A stretch of DNA of 64,000 nt from Desulfurococcales archaeon. Lineage in GTDB: Archaea > Thermoproteota > Thermoprotei_A > Sulfolobales > NBVN01. Under the pieces are notes generated by a model. That model searched no databases and was not told where the DNA came from. It was given only the letters and a program-made list of their open reading frames with translations. Position 1 is the first letter of the stretch, and every line of letters starts with the position of its first letter. The DNA lies in the NCBI GenBank assembly GCA_015523295.1, contig WAKQ01000002.1, forward strand, positions 3,424 to 67,423, in the 5' to 3' direction. Shown here one piece after another: positions 20,326-30,571 of this stretch. A program made the translations under genes and the position numbers.

Positions 20326-20677
20326 TACCCAATTTCCTATAAACTCTTATTATGTCTCTAATACCTGTATTCTTTTGTTCTACAGATTTAATCGCTTTCC
20401 CCGTTCCGTAGAGGGCAGCACCTACAGCATAAGTTACTCCAGTAGGATCTGCTGGAAAAGTTAAGAAAACCATAGCTGCCTTTTCCAGGTTCTCTGACTT
20501 AGTTGACTCATTCTGCATCCCCATAACCGGTTTAAGAACTGAGGCAGTATCTTTCAGAAGATTTACCGCTCTCACAGTACCTTTAGCACTGCATCTAGCG
20601 TTTTGAGTTACCTCCTTAAGAGAGGAGGCGATCTTCAATGCATAATCCTTTCTCACATCCCTCACCTTCTCAATCAC
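20297..20677 (-). CDS. hypothetical protein
   Basis: Co-oriented overlapping ORF with one hydrophobic hairpin. Confidence 0.6.
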   Translation of the reverse strand: MIEKVRDVRKDYALKIASSLKEVTQNARCSAKGTVRAVNLLKDTASVLKPVMGMQNESTKSENLEKAAMVFLTFPADPTGVTYAVGAALYGTGKAIKSVEQKNTGIRDIIRVYRKLGIELYELLKE

Positions 20678-20708
20678 TACAAGGTTGGAACTTTACCTGA
20701 GATCACGT

Positions 20709-21005
20709 TCACGAGCCGGCCTCCGCAGCTTCCTCCGGCGTTGAAACCACGTCAATTTCAAGGTTCTCTGCGCTCTCTAAAGCCTTAAGAAGCTTAATGC
20801 CTAAACCGGAGACTTTATATACCCTATAATTCCCTTTCTCATTAACTAGCTCGATAATCCCTAGAGCCTCCAGAACGTGGAAAGTAGCCAACACTTCATA
20901 ACGAGGTAATCCGGTTGCCGCAACTACATCACCTGGTGTTACCACCCGGCCTACCATCGACTCTATTATATTCTTTAACCTTTCCCTGAAGCCCCTCACA
21001 AGCAA
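20709..21005 (-). CDS. winged-helix DNA-binding protein
   Basis: TPGDVVAATGLPRYEVLATFHVLEALGII...YKVSGLG; divergent from the pilus operon. Confidence 0.8.
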   Translation of the reverse strand: MLVRGFRERLKNIIESMVGRVVTPGDVVAATGLPRYEVLATFHVLEALGIIELVNEKGNYRVYKVSGLGIKLLKALESAENLEIDVVSTPEEAAEAGS

Positions 21006-21073
21006 CCACCGTCAAAGCACTGCGATTATATGAATATTTAAAACGGAAGACCCTTCAGAACAATTTTTAAACC

Positions 21074-21565
21074 ATGTATCTTTGTGAGGTGATAACAAAA
21101 GTGAGAAGAAAATATCTGGGTAAACCATCAAGGAAAGGTGTCAGTGATCTGGTTGTCATCCTGACCCTCATGGCAATTTCTATACCGGTTGTGATGGCTG
21201 TACAGAGTTGGTTAGGAGCTCAAACTTCCAGAGTGAACTCACTTGTGACTACCCCAGAACTCCAAGGTGTTCTCATAGGAAAGTCTAGCGAGGGTGATTT
21301 CAGTATATTTATCTTAAAGATTACAAATAATGGGGACTCCTCCTACAATCTCTCATCTGCTAACGTGGGCGTACAAGCCATTCTACGGAATGGTTCTACA
21401 ATACCAGCTCAATTCACACCAGTTAAAAGCGAGTTGCTCAAACCAACCGGATCAGTGACAGCTGTGGTGAAAGTAGGCACTCCCCTAAACAATGTAAAGA
21501 CGCTGGTACTTGAATTTACAGCAAACAATGGCGAGGCATACACCCTGAACATAAACATAGATTAG
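21074..21565 (+). CDS. archaeal type IV pilin
   Basis: Class III signal peptide RKG/VSDLVVILTLMAI followed by an Ig-like domain (ITNNGD). Confidence 0.85.
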   Translation: MYLCEVITKVRRKYLGKPSRKGVSDLVVILTLMAISIPVVMAVQSWLGAQTSRVNSLVTTPELQGVLIGKSSEGDFSIFILKITNNGDSSYNLSSANVGVQAILRNGSTIPAQFTPVKSELLKPTGSVTAVVKVGTPLNNVKTLVLEFTANNGEAYTLNINID

Positions 21566-21617
21566 TTAAAAACGAACATCCCCTCTTTTTACCTTCCCTG
21601 AACCTCGAGGGATCAAG

Positions 21618-22877
21618 TTGAAAGTCATATTTCAATACTCGGTCGGAGAAGCAGAAATACAAGTGGTCAAGACTGTGAGAGGATATCAATATATCATAAA
21701 CAAGCCCTACACCCATGAATTTTCTAGGAAGGTTAGAGATGCAGCTGAAATCGCGATCATGAGCAATCCCTCACATACTGAAATATACAGCATAGCTAAA
21801 AGGATTGCAAGACTCCTCAAAACTAAGGGAGAGCAAGAAACTGCGATTGTCTATTCACTTAGGGAATCTCTGAAGTATAGGAAGCTTCAGGTGCTTATTG
21901 ACGACCCCTACGTAGAGGACATCTCTGCTGTGGGACCAGGACCTATATGGGTTAGGCATTCACGTCTCTTAGGGATGGATCCCTCAGTGGATTACATACC
22001 AACAAACCTAGTGTTTGATGACAGGATAGACTTCCTGCAGCACCTCCTACTGCTTGCCGAGAGATCGGGGAGGATGATTTCAAAGGCTAACCCGATAGTT
22101 GATGGTAACCTCCCAGAAGAGGATGGAGGTCATAGGATCCATCTAGTCCTACCAGATATAGCTGGTATGTCTGGTGAGATCGTTGTGCGGAAGAAAAAAC
22201 CCTTCCGAAGTATCACATTAGAAGATCTTAGGAAGGGTGGAATGCTAGATGATGAAATCATTAAAATTATTGAAAGGATAATAAAATCTAGAGGGTCTTT
22301 ACTTATCGTAGGTCCCCCTGGTTCAGGCAAGACGACCCTACTCAGAGCAATATTATACAGTTTGGTTCCTAGGTCATGGAAGGTAGCTATAATTGAGGAC
22401 ACGCCTGAGATAGATCCTCCTCCAGGGTCATCATGGGTTAGGTATATAGTCCCTCTAAGCTGGGGTTCGGTAGAAAGCCTTGATCAGTTTAGCCTGACTA
22501 AAGCCGCCTTAAGAGCGTCTGTAAGTAAGTTCTTGGTAATCGGGGAGACTAGAGGGAAAGAGGCTAGAGTTCTCGCACAGGCAATGAACATGGGCCTAGG
22601 TGGGCTTACTACATTTCATGGAGGCAGTGCCTCGGAGGCTATCATGAGATTGTCCTCTCATCCCATCAGCCTCGGCCCAACACAGATAACGATGTTTGAT
22701 GCCATACTAACATTAGGTTTCCTTGAAGTGAATAAAGGTGGTCTCCGGAGGACTGTCGTTTCAGTGGACAAGCCATTTATTGCTGAAAGAGGTCTTGAGC
22801 TCAAGAATATTTACAGGTTAGATAACACAACTAATCCGTCTCAACCAAGAGAAGTCATAATTACTTTAGCTAGGTGA
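21618..22877 (+). CDS. type IV pilus / type II secretion ATPase (VirB11/TadA-like)
   Basis: GPPGSGKTT, IEDTPEI, IGETRGKEA and TTFHG motifs. Confidence 0.93.
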   Translation: MKVIFQYSVGEAEIQVVKTVRGYQYIINKPYTHEFSRKVRDAAEIAIMSNPSHTEIYSIAKRIARLLKTKGEQETAIVYSLRESLKYRKLQVLIDDPYVEDISAVGPGPIWVRHSRLLGMDPSVDYIPTNLVFDDRIDFLQHLLLLAERSGRMISKANPIVDGNLPEEDGGHRIHLVLPDIAGMSGEIVVRKKKPFRSITLEDLRKGGMLDDEIIKIIERIIKSRGSLLIVGPPGSGKTTLLRAILYSLVPRSWKVAIIEDTPEIDPPPGSSWVRYIVPLSWGSVESLDQFSLTKAALRASVSKFLVIGETRGKEARVLAQAMNMGLGGLTTFHGGSASEAIMRLSSHPISLGPTQITMFDAILTLGFLEVNKGGLRRTVVSVDKPFIAERGLELKNIYRLDNTTNPSQPREVIITLAR

Positions 22878-24418
22878 TGTCCTCAGTGAATTTCATAGTA
22901 AAACTGAATGCAGAGCTAACTGACGCCAGAAATGCTTTTCTCTCGTTTATAATTAAGCAATTTGCGGAAGCTGGACTAAAAGTTAACGAGAATCCTACGA
23001 CAAACATCCTATACCTCATTATATATGGTCTTCCCCTAAGCATAACATTAATCTACCTCCTTAGCTTCTTTACAAACCTTCTTACCTTTAGAGCGCTTTT
23101 AATGATCCACGAGGGATTCCTCCTACCTATCCTACTCTTCATAATTCTGGGCATATCTTTCCCTTCAGGTATCATTGTGTTAAAATTGCTCGCCCTCACA
23201 CGTGGGAGAAGAGTTGAAAAGGAGGTTAAATATGTAGTAATTGCTGAATCCATAATAGCCCAAGGGACTCCTAATTTAGTTGAAGATCTTTCTTCCCTTC
23301 ACATATGGAGGAATGTTTTCCCCTCTCTCGAGAAAGAGGGGTGGGTAATATCAGCGTTAAGAAGGATCTTCACAGTCCCTGAAACTGTTCGGATATATAT
23401 AAAACTCCTAAAGTCCCCTTGGGTTAAGGAGCTTTTACAGGATTATCTATTCGCCTTAAGCTTGGGGTCTACTAGGGAGTGGCTCCAGGTAAAAGGTAGG
23501 GAGGTAACCGACGAGATAAAAAAGGGAACTAAGGCCGCATTGGAAGGAAGAATCTCTATATCCCTTATTACAGCTATATTACTGGGATACACCCCGCCCC
23601 TCGTTATAACACTTTCTTCTTTATTGGGAAGGGAGATCGTGGAGCGCGCGTTACTATTAACTACCTTAGCGATACCTCTAGCCCTGACTATCACACCACA
23701 ATATCCAGTCCATATGAAAATAATACGCGGGATTAACCGAAAAGCCTTATCACTTATTGTGTTCCCTCTCTTAGCTCTTCTAATCATGAGAATAGAAGGG
23801 CTGGTAACCCTTAGAGAGACTCTACTTATCACTTCCTTAGCTCTAATAGCCTACGGCACATTCTCCTTTTATAATGATGTGGAGGGTTTGAGGGAGATTA
23901 GATCCTTGGTGGGTATACTAAACATATTACATGAGACGCCCTTAAGTAAGGCTGCCTCTTTAAGCATCATTAAGGAAGCTCTCATGCATTCCCCGGAAAA
24001 GACCTGGAGAAACATTGGTGAGGAACTAACCCTAATCACACTCCCGAAAAGCATGAGTAGACTTAAAACATGGATTTCAAGGTTCACTGTTTACGTCCTC
24101 ATAAAAGGTTTAGAATACGGCTGCCTAAACAGGGAGAGCCTAGCTAAGCTCTCAGGCTTGATCATTGATTCTCTTCACGACCTTAAGGTTGCTTTAGCAA
24201 GTAACTTAGTAGTGGGTAGTTTAGCTGTAACACTTCCATTCATTCTAACTTCTATAACGTCCTTCATCACTCCAGACCCAATTTTAAAGATATATACGTT
24301 CGTTTCAACTATGGGTTATGGATTCTACGCATCCTACATATTATTCAACGATATTAACAATACCTTAATTCCTGGAATTATTGGTTTAGAGTTATCCTTT
24401 CTGGTGAACCCGGCTTGA
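22874..24418 (+). CDS. TadC/FlaJ-like membrane platform protein
   Basis: Two cytoplasmic domains each followed by TM clusters; directly follows the pilus ATPase. Confidence 0.65.
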   Translation: MMSSVNFIVKLNAELTDARNAFLSFIIKQFAEAGLKVNENPTTNILYLIIYGLPLSITLIYLLSFFTNLLTFRALLMIHEGFLLPILLFIILGISFPSGIIVLKLLALTRGRRVEKEVKYVVIAESIIAQGTPNLVEDLSSLHIWRNVFPSLEKEGWVISALRRIFTVPETVRIYIKLLKSPWVKELLQDYLFALSLGSTREWLQVKGREVTDEIKKGTKAALEGRISISLITAILLGYTPPLVITLSSLLGREIVERALLLTTLAIPLALTITPQYPVHMKIIRGINRKALSLIVFPLLALLIMRIEGLVTLRETLLITSLALIAYGTFSFYNDVEGLREIRSLVGILNILHETPLSKAASLSIIKEALMHSPEKTWRNIGEELTLITLPKSMSRLKTWISRFTVYVLIKGLEYGCLNRESLAKLSGLIIDSLHDLKVALASNLVVGSLAVTLPFILTSITSFITPDPILKIYTFVSTMGYGFYASYILFNDINNTLIPGIIGLELSFLVNPA

Positions 24419-26514
24419 AGCCGAAAATTATTTCAGCAATAGACCTCATATCTTTTCTTAAGGCTCATAAGATAAAGGCTGAGGGCACCGTAGTAAAGCT
24501 AGTGAACGATTCTGAAAGGGAACCCTATCTCATTATACGTCCGGCAAGCGGAGACACGTTCTTCATGAAGCTAAACCCCGAGTTAGATGATGGCAATTTA
24601 ACCGTGTCAGGGAGAAATGCTTGTCCCTCTAATCAAAACTCAATACCAGTTGTAAAAAGTATGGAACGTCCAGGTGGGTACGTTCTCTTCATATCGAATG
24701 CTGACAATGTTCTTCGAGTTAATGTGTGCGACAGGCTGAACCGCATAATAAGCAGATACTCAGTTAGAGGGAATAGCAGCAACATTCTCTGCGGTAATGG
24801 GCTTTGCCTAACGGTAGGAAAGAAGGAGAACATTGCCCTAACACCTAATGGATATCATCCGATGGTTAAGGGCTTAACACCGCTTATGTATTGCAAAGGT
24901 GATGAATATTATGTTGACATAGGTAATAAGCTCCTCGTTAGATATGACGGGAATGTCCTCACTCCTTTAACCAACTATAGCTTTCAGTATATGGATTGTA
25001 TGGATAAAGGAGTCATATGCCTTTCCGACGGCAGAGATGTACATATTATTGAAGAGGGTGCGTCCTATGACGTGGCTGTAGGAGAGGTAAAAAAGCTTCA
25101 CTGCTATAAAGACATTGTACTCACAGGAAAAGAAGGAAGGTGGAGCCTGTACATCTTAAGCAAGGGCATTTCTTCCGACTTCTTTGCTGATGAGTGCATC
25201 TTAAGCAATGGGGGATTTATTTACTGTATTTCTCGTGGAATACTGGTATCAGTAGACCCTTATACAGGGATAGACGAATACGTACGCAAGTTAAGAGGTG
25301 TTGTCACGTCTAAGACATATGCTGTAGTTGAAGTGAGTCCCTGGGGACCTATGCATAACTACAAAGTATCCGGGCCGGTTAAGATCGTTTCTACATTCCA
25401 AGCAGGTGATACACTTAAGATGTTGTTAAGGCCGATGAAGTTGGGCTGGTCAGGTGAAATCTTCGTAAATGTTGAATCCCCTCTCTACATGTATAATGGA
25501 AAAATATCTCTGACCTCTTCAAAACCGGTGATCTCTAACATAAGCATAGATCACTGCATGTTCGCTCCCACGGGGAATATTGTTGGCGAAAGCTCCAATT
25601 CCATCACAGCATTAAAATTCAATGTTCTGAGAACTACCCCAGAAAAGTACACTTTGATCATAAGAGGCCATTACGTAGATGTAGTCAAGACCTCATTTAA
25701 GATTTCTAGCGCGGGAGATGAGGATTTATGGCTAGTCAATATCAAAGGTAGGATAGGCTCCGAAGGTATTAATAGCGGGTATGTCTTATACGATATCAGG
25801 TTTAAATCGTCTTTTGAGGAATTTCTTCTCTCCAGACTCATGCTTCCCTTAAGTAAATGCGTGAAAGTTAATGAACCTGTAAGCAAGATAAAGGCCTTCA
25901 GATATGGAAATAACTTAAAAATTAAGACCTCGAACAGCAATTTCCATCTCAAAGTATATTGCCTGGATTCCTTCTTCGAGGGTGTAGGCTCCGTTACCCT
26001 GGACAAATGCACATTACCTATAGTAGTTGAGGAGATCAAAAGAAGAGGGATGTTTGAATGGGTAAGTCATTCTCTGTTGCAATTAGAACCACTGTTAAAT
26101 CTTCATGAAAGTGAAAAACCGAAATACGAGACTGCTGTTAAGAGCACAGATAATGAGATAGACGTGCACATCCCGAAGAAACCTCCACGGCAAGATGTAA
26201 AACTTCATGGAGTACTTTTTGAGAAAATAAGGGAACCAGCATATTTAATCAAGATCTCAACGGGCTTGCCTGCGTTATCATTTATCGTCTGTGGAGAGAA
26301 GTCCTACATTTCAATGGGGAGTGAGGTATTGAAGAAGATTCATTGCCCTATTTTCAAAGCACTTAATGGAGTGTATGTGTATACCCTATATCCCGGACTC
26401 CCTGCTGAAAAAGCTCTTGGGAAATCAGTGATCAACGGCGTCCAAGCCTTTAGAGAAATACTTATCTCGGGTGTAAAGGCAGGCAATGAATTGCGTAGGG
26501 TGCTCACGCGATGA
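24415..26514 (+). CDS. large hypothetical protein (beta-rich, Cys-containing)
   Basis: 699 aa, overlaps both neighbours by 4 nt; no signal peptide or motif recognised. Confidence 0.7.
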   Translation: MKPKIISAIDLISFLKAHKIKAEGTVVKLVNDSEREPYLIIRPASGDTFFMKLNPELDDGNLTVSGRNACPSNQNSIPVVKSMERPGGYVLFISNADNVLRVNVCDRLNRIISRYSVRGNSSNILCGNGLCLTVGKKENIALTPNGYHPMVKGLTPLMYCKGDEYYVDIGNKLLVRYDGNVLTPLTNYSFQYMDCMDKGVICLSDGRDVHIIEEGASYDVAVGEVKKLHCYKDIVLTGKEGRWSLYILSKGISSDFFADECILSNGGFIYCISRGILVSVDPYTGIDEYVRKLRGVVTSKTYAVVEVSPWGPMHNYKVSGPVKIVSTFQAGDTLKMLLRPMKLGWSGEIFVNVESPLYMYNGKISLTSSKPVISNISIDHCMFAPTGNIVGESSNSITALKFNVLRTTPEKYTLIIRGHYVDVVKTSFKISSAGDEDLWLVNIKGRIGSEGINSGYVLYDIRFKSSFEEFLLSRLMLPLSKCVKVNEPVSKIKAFRYGNNLKIKTSNSNFHLKVYCLDSFFEGVGSVTLDKCTLPIVVEEIKRRGMFEWVSHSLLQLEPLLNLHESEKPKYETAVKSTDNEIDVHIPKKPPRQDVKLHGVLFEKIREPAYLIKISTGLPALSFIVCGEKSYISMGSEVLKKIHCPIFKALNGVYVYTLYPGLPAEKALGKSVINGVQAFREILISGVKAGNELRRVLTR

Positions 26515-28280
26515 ACCTTAAGAAATTCTTAGCTATGTTGAGAAAAGGGAGACCTTACAATATTAGGGAAGGGAGCCACAGGAGATTTACTGTGATCTAC
26601 TCGGATGAGAGCAAGATCTGTGGTAAAATCACCTTAAGAATAAAAGGTGTCTCAAGAACTTTAACAGATATGGAAGCTGATGATCTTAAGCGTTTCCTGA
26701 AGAGCTACTTTAACATGCTTAATGTTGGTTTCCCTATAGAGATATCCACTAGGATCTTCCCTATTTCAACTGAGAAATACTTGGAAAGGATAGATAAGAA
26801 AATAGACACGTTGAAGGTGATCTTAGAGGATAATCCTTCCTTAACGGGACTCAAAGATGAAATCAGAAGACTAGAAAACCAGAGGAAATCCCTACTAGAG
26901 GGTAATCACCCCCTAAAGATTGAGGCGCTAATATATATTTATGGATGTGCGCCATCTTCTGATGAAGTCCTAAGACTACTTGAACATAGGGCTAAAACTC
27001 TGCGGGACGTGTTGTCATCACTCGGTATTAGAGCCTCACCTATTGAAAGCTCTAACTCTGAGGAATTCAACCAAACCTTTTTTCGTGAATTAGGCATCCC
27101 AACCAGTTTGCCTCGCAAATTAACTGAATTTATTAACTCACTTAAACCAAAGCAGTATCTGATCTTGGCGTCCAACATTTCAGCAATCTTCTTCCCTTTC
27201 CTTCTAGGTGGAAAGACTGAGGCAGAGGTTTCGAACACAGGCATCATCATTGGAACAGATCCCCTAAGAAATAGCGTAATCACTTGGGATCCCAGCTCCA
27301 GTACATCACCACATGTGATAGTTGTTGGCCCTACAGGATCAGGTAAGACCACATTCCTTACGCAGCTAGTGGAAGAGTTTAGAGATGCATACGGAGCCGC
27401 ATCTTTAATTATAGACGTTAAAGGTGAATACAAAGAGAGGCTGGATTCCCTGGGTATTAAGTATGTGAAGCTTCGTTTAGGGGAGGATGCAGGTGTTGAC
27501 CTATGCAAGTATATGAACATGTTCCCACCTAGATGGAGAGGCGATGTATTAACTGATGTCATAGCCCAGTCATTCAGTGTCTTTAAATTGCCTGAATTGA
27601 CAGGTAGGCTGCATGAGGCAATAGAATTAGCTACATCGTCAGGTTGCCATAATCTTATCAACTCACTGATGGAGTACATACGCCTGAAAGGAAATGATTA
27701 CTATACATTCAAGTTAGCTACCGTTCTTCATAAGATCGAGCTCCTAGAGAGGGATGATAGAGATGATATGATTGCCTATATAATTGATTTTCTAGCAGGA
27801 ATCCTCAATAAACCTGTAATATTAGACCTATCCTATCTCCTAGGATTAGAGCCAGAATTGGTTGTAATGATTGTTAGTATCACGTCAAATCTCATTCTCT
27901 CAATGGTTAAGGAGATGCCTAGGGTTTTTACGAGAGCTTGGAAGCTACTAATCTTTGATGAGGGATGGCTTTATATAAGGCCATTAAGGGGGCTTATAGC
28001 TCCTCTCTTAAGGCTAGGAAGGAGTTACAGACTTAGTGTAGCTATTGCTACTCAAGATCTTAAAGATCTCGAATTTCTAGGGGGGTTCGCTGCAAGCAAT
28101 ACAGGGCTTCTCATAGCTCTCTCATCTACAGATAAGTCATACTGGAAGGGAATTTCCTCCTATATGAACATTAATGATGAGGAAGTAACTTCCTATATAT
28201 CCCTCCTCAGGAAGTGTGAAGGTGTTGCAAGGGTGGGTAGTGACCCCAAAGGAAGGCCTGTAACTTTCAAAACTTGTTAA
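26511..28280 (+). CDS. VirB4/HerA/FtsK-family ATPase
   Basis: PHVIVVGPTGSGKT, IIDVKGEY, IFDEGW and GRSYRLSVAIATQ motifs; N-terminal coiled-coil domain. Confidence 0.88.
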   Translation: MNLKKFLAMLRKGRPYNIREGSHRRFTVIYSDESKICGKITLRIKGVSRTLTDMEADDLKRFLKSYFNMLNVGFPIEISTRIFPISTEKYLERIDKKIDTLKVILEDNPSLTGLKDEIRRLENQRKSLLEGNHPLKIEALIYIYGCAPSSDEVLRLLEHRAKTLRDVLSSLGIRASPIESSNSEEFNQTFFRELGIPTSLPRKLTEFINSLKPKQYLILASNISAIFFPFLLGGKTEAEVSNTGIIIGTDPLRNSVITWDPSSSTSPHVIVVGPTGSGKTTFLTQLVEEFRDAYGAASLIIDVKGEYKERLDSLGIKYVKLRLGEDAGVDLCKYMNMFPPRWRGDVLTDVIAQSFSVFKLPELTGRLHEAIELATSSGCHNLINSLMEYIRLKGNDYYTFKLATVLHKIELLERDDRDDMIAYIIDFLAGILNKPVILDLSYLLGLEPELVVMIVSITSNLILSMVKEMPRVFTRAWKLLIFDEGWLYIRPLRGLIAPLLRLGRSYRLSVAIATQDLKDLEFLGGFAASNTGLLIALSSTDKSYWKGISSYMNINDEEVTSYISLLRKCEGVARVGSDPKGRPVTFKTC

Positions 28281-28840
28281 ATTTTCAATGTATGCTGCTT
28301 AATAATCCTTCTGCTGTCTAGATCCTTGATTTCTATTTGCACGGAATTCGTAGAAAGAGTTAACACAGCATAACTTCTAAGGCCACTTAAATAACCTGAT
28401 AAGGCCCCAGGATTTACAGCAGCTTTACCTTCACGCATCTTCACACTGTACATATGTGTATGGCCGTAAAGTATGACGCTACCTCTAGGGGCTTGGCTAA
28501 GAATGGCATCTACAATATTTTCTGTCACTTCGGGAGATCCGAAGCCATGCAGTAGTATAAAATTAACTCCTTCAATCTTCAAGGAGTGGGGCTGATCCTT
28601 CAGAGAAGGGCATATTTCCTTCAACATAACCTTATCTCCATCGTTATTTCCGAAAACCCCAACCAGCTTCTTTCCTGTTTTCAGGAGGGCTCTAAGAGTG
28701 AATGGTGAGATTATATCGCCTAAGTGGATCAGCATATCAGCACGGTTAAAATCTTGATACATTGACAACTTATTAACAGCTTGAATGCTGTCATGCGTAT
28801 CTGAAATAACAAGCAGCTGAATCACTTTGCACACCCTCAA
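28277..28840 (-). CDS. YfcE-family phosphodiesterase
   Basis: SDTHD, HLGD, GNNDGD, YGHTH and NPG motifs. Confidence 0.92.
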   Translation of the reverse strand: MRVCKVIQLLVISDTHDSIQAVNKLSMYQDFNRADMLIHLGDIISPFTLRALLKTGKKLVGVFGNNDGDKVMLKEICPSLKDQPHSLKIEGVNFILLHGFGSPEVTENIVDAILSQAPRGSVILYGHTHMYSVKMREGKAAVNPGALSGYLSGLRSYAVLTLSTNSVQIEIKDLDSRRIIKQHTLKI

Positions 28841-29028
28841 CTACATCGGAAAATCCCTTAAAGAATTTCCAGTGCATCAGTTCTCTTCTCAAAGGGAATG
28901 CGCTCAACTCAAATCAGTAAAGAATTTATGTGAGCCACTTTAAAAGCAGGACTAGCGTCCTAAATACTATCTGATTTGATAAAGAACTAAAATTTTGAAA
29001 AAGCAGTTTTTGATTTAAAAGGAGCTCT

Positions 29029-29217
29029 TTAACCCTCAGGATACTTTTCAGGAACCTTTGCTCTAAAGTACTTTCCGGTCTCTGGGCTCTTGAATAATCC
29101 TATCTTAACGCCTTTCCTCCCCCTAGGTGCGAGAGTCCAAACCTTCTCAGGTACAAGCTCAACTTCCTTTCCTGTGGTTGGGTCTTTCACTTTAACGGCC
29201 TTCTTCTTGGCCACCAT
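29029..29217 (-). CDS. creN7: chromatin protein Cren7
   Basis: [37 protein letters not shown]. Confidence 0.97.
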   Translation of the reverse strand: MVAKKKAVKVKDPTTGKEVELVPEKVWTLAPRGRKGVKIGLFKSPETGKYFRAKVPEKYPEG

Positions 29218-29495
29218 GATTATTCACCATAATTCATTATACTTTAAGATGTTTAAGGGTTACGGAAAACCTTCATCATTATAAAAATCTCTAAAAGAAA
29301 ATATCTTCATCTTTTCTGAAGTAATTCTTCATAAACAATGAAGAATACAATCATAAGGTTAGGTAATTACAATTAATTTTTATAATAATTAATTAAAAAA
29401 TACAAGAATTAAGCTAATAGAGTATCTAGGAGAATATCCCATTCGCTATGACATCCTCTTCAGGATCAACATAATGATTTTATTGCATAAGCTAG

Positions 29496-30221
29496 ATGAG
29501 AGACGGTGTCACGGAGTTGAAACGCTTTATATTTAGTGATGTGGACGGTACTCTGACACCTGATCGAAGAACATCAATGCTTGACCTAGAGGCAATTAAG
29601 ATGGCCCGTGAATTAGTCCGACATGGTTTTTATGTAGTTCTCGTTTCAGGTAACTCTCTGCCTGTCCTAAGAGGCGTCTCCATTTACTCTGGGTTAGGAG
29701 GTTACGTAGTCGCTGAGAATGGCGCCTCCATTTATACTGATAAACCAATTAGAGCATGCAGGGATTGCGAAGCCGTTGATAAGGCTTACAAGATCCTCTT
29801 AGATGAAGGTGATGAATTCCTGGACACATGGCAGAACCCCTTCAGACTGTGTGATAAAGCGTTGAAATGGGTGGGGGATGAAAGAAAGGCCCTTCAGAAA
29901 GCCAGAAGCATCCTTGAAGAGCATGGCATAGATCAAGTAGACGTAGTTACAAGTGGGTATGCCATACATCTCTATCCAAGAGGCTGTGATAAAGGCTCAG
30001 GAATTAGGGCGTTCCTCGAGAGCATGGGATTAAATAAAGAAGCAGCTTACTGCGTAGGCGACGGTCAGAATGACGTCCCTATGAGGAAGTCATGCGGAAA
30101 ACTGATTGCCGTATCTAATGCTGACGAAGCATTAAAGAAGGTCGCAGACATTATCACTTTGAAGCCTTCATCTGAGGGTTTTATAGAGGTAGCTGAGAAC
30201 ATCCTTGAAGGAACCTTATGA
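29496..30221 (+). CDS. HAD-IIB phosphoglycolate phosphatase
   Basis: DVDGTLT, SGN, AENG, DKG and GDGQND motifs. Confidence 0.92.
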   Translation: MRDGVTELKRFIFSDVDGTLTPDRRTSMLDLEAIKMARELVRHGFYVVLVSGNSLPVLRGVSIYSGLGGYVVAENGASIYTDKPIRACRDCEAVDKAYKILLDEGDEFLDTWQNPFRLCDKALKWVGDERKALQKARSILEEHGIDQVDVVTSGYAIHLYPRGCDKGSGIRAFLESMGLNKEAAYCVGDGQNDVPMRKSCGKLIAVSNADEALKKVADIITLKPSSEGFIEVAENILEGTL

Positions 30222-30264
30222 AGAGTTAACGCTTAAATACGAATATAGTCAAGAGGTTTTAGGA

Positions 30265-30340
30265 GCCGGGGTAGCTCAGCCGGTAGAGCGCCGGGCTGTT
30301 AACCCGGTGGTCGGGGGTTCGAGTCCCCTCCCCGGCGCCA
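30265..30340 (+). tRNA. tRNA-Asn(GTT)
   Basis: CCGGG-CT-GTT-AA-CCCGG; ends GCCA. Confidence 0.96.
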
Positions 30341-30571
30341 TTTTTCTCTTTATCCTCCACATATCGCTTTCTCTGAAGTCCTCATACTTTCCTACCCTAG
30401 GATCTCCTTCACATGCTGTTTAGCATATATGAATCATCTTGCATAAATAATTTTATCTTATTAAAAATGAAAAGATAATATTATTCTAGTTTATAGAGAT
30501 AAAAATAAATTTATTTATCTTTAAGAACAAGCAGGAATTCCAAGTAAGGGGGTAGGGAGTGTAGGGAGGAG

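Noticed and set aside
26939-27679. 246-aa minus-strand ORF
   Set aside because: Antisense shadow of the VirB4/HerA ATPase; no motifs
30205-30423. ORF spanning tRNA-Asn (likewise 61437-61628 over tRNA-Thr)
   Set aside because: Translation of tRNA sequence
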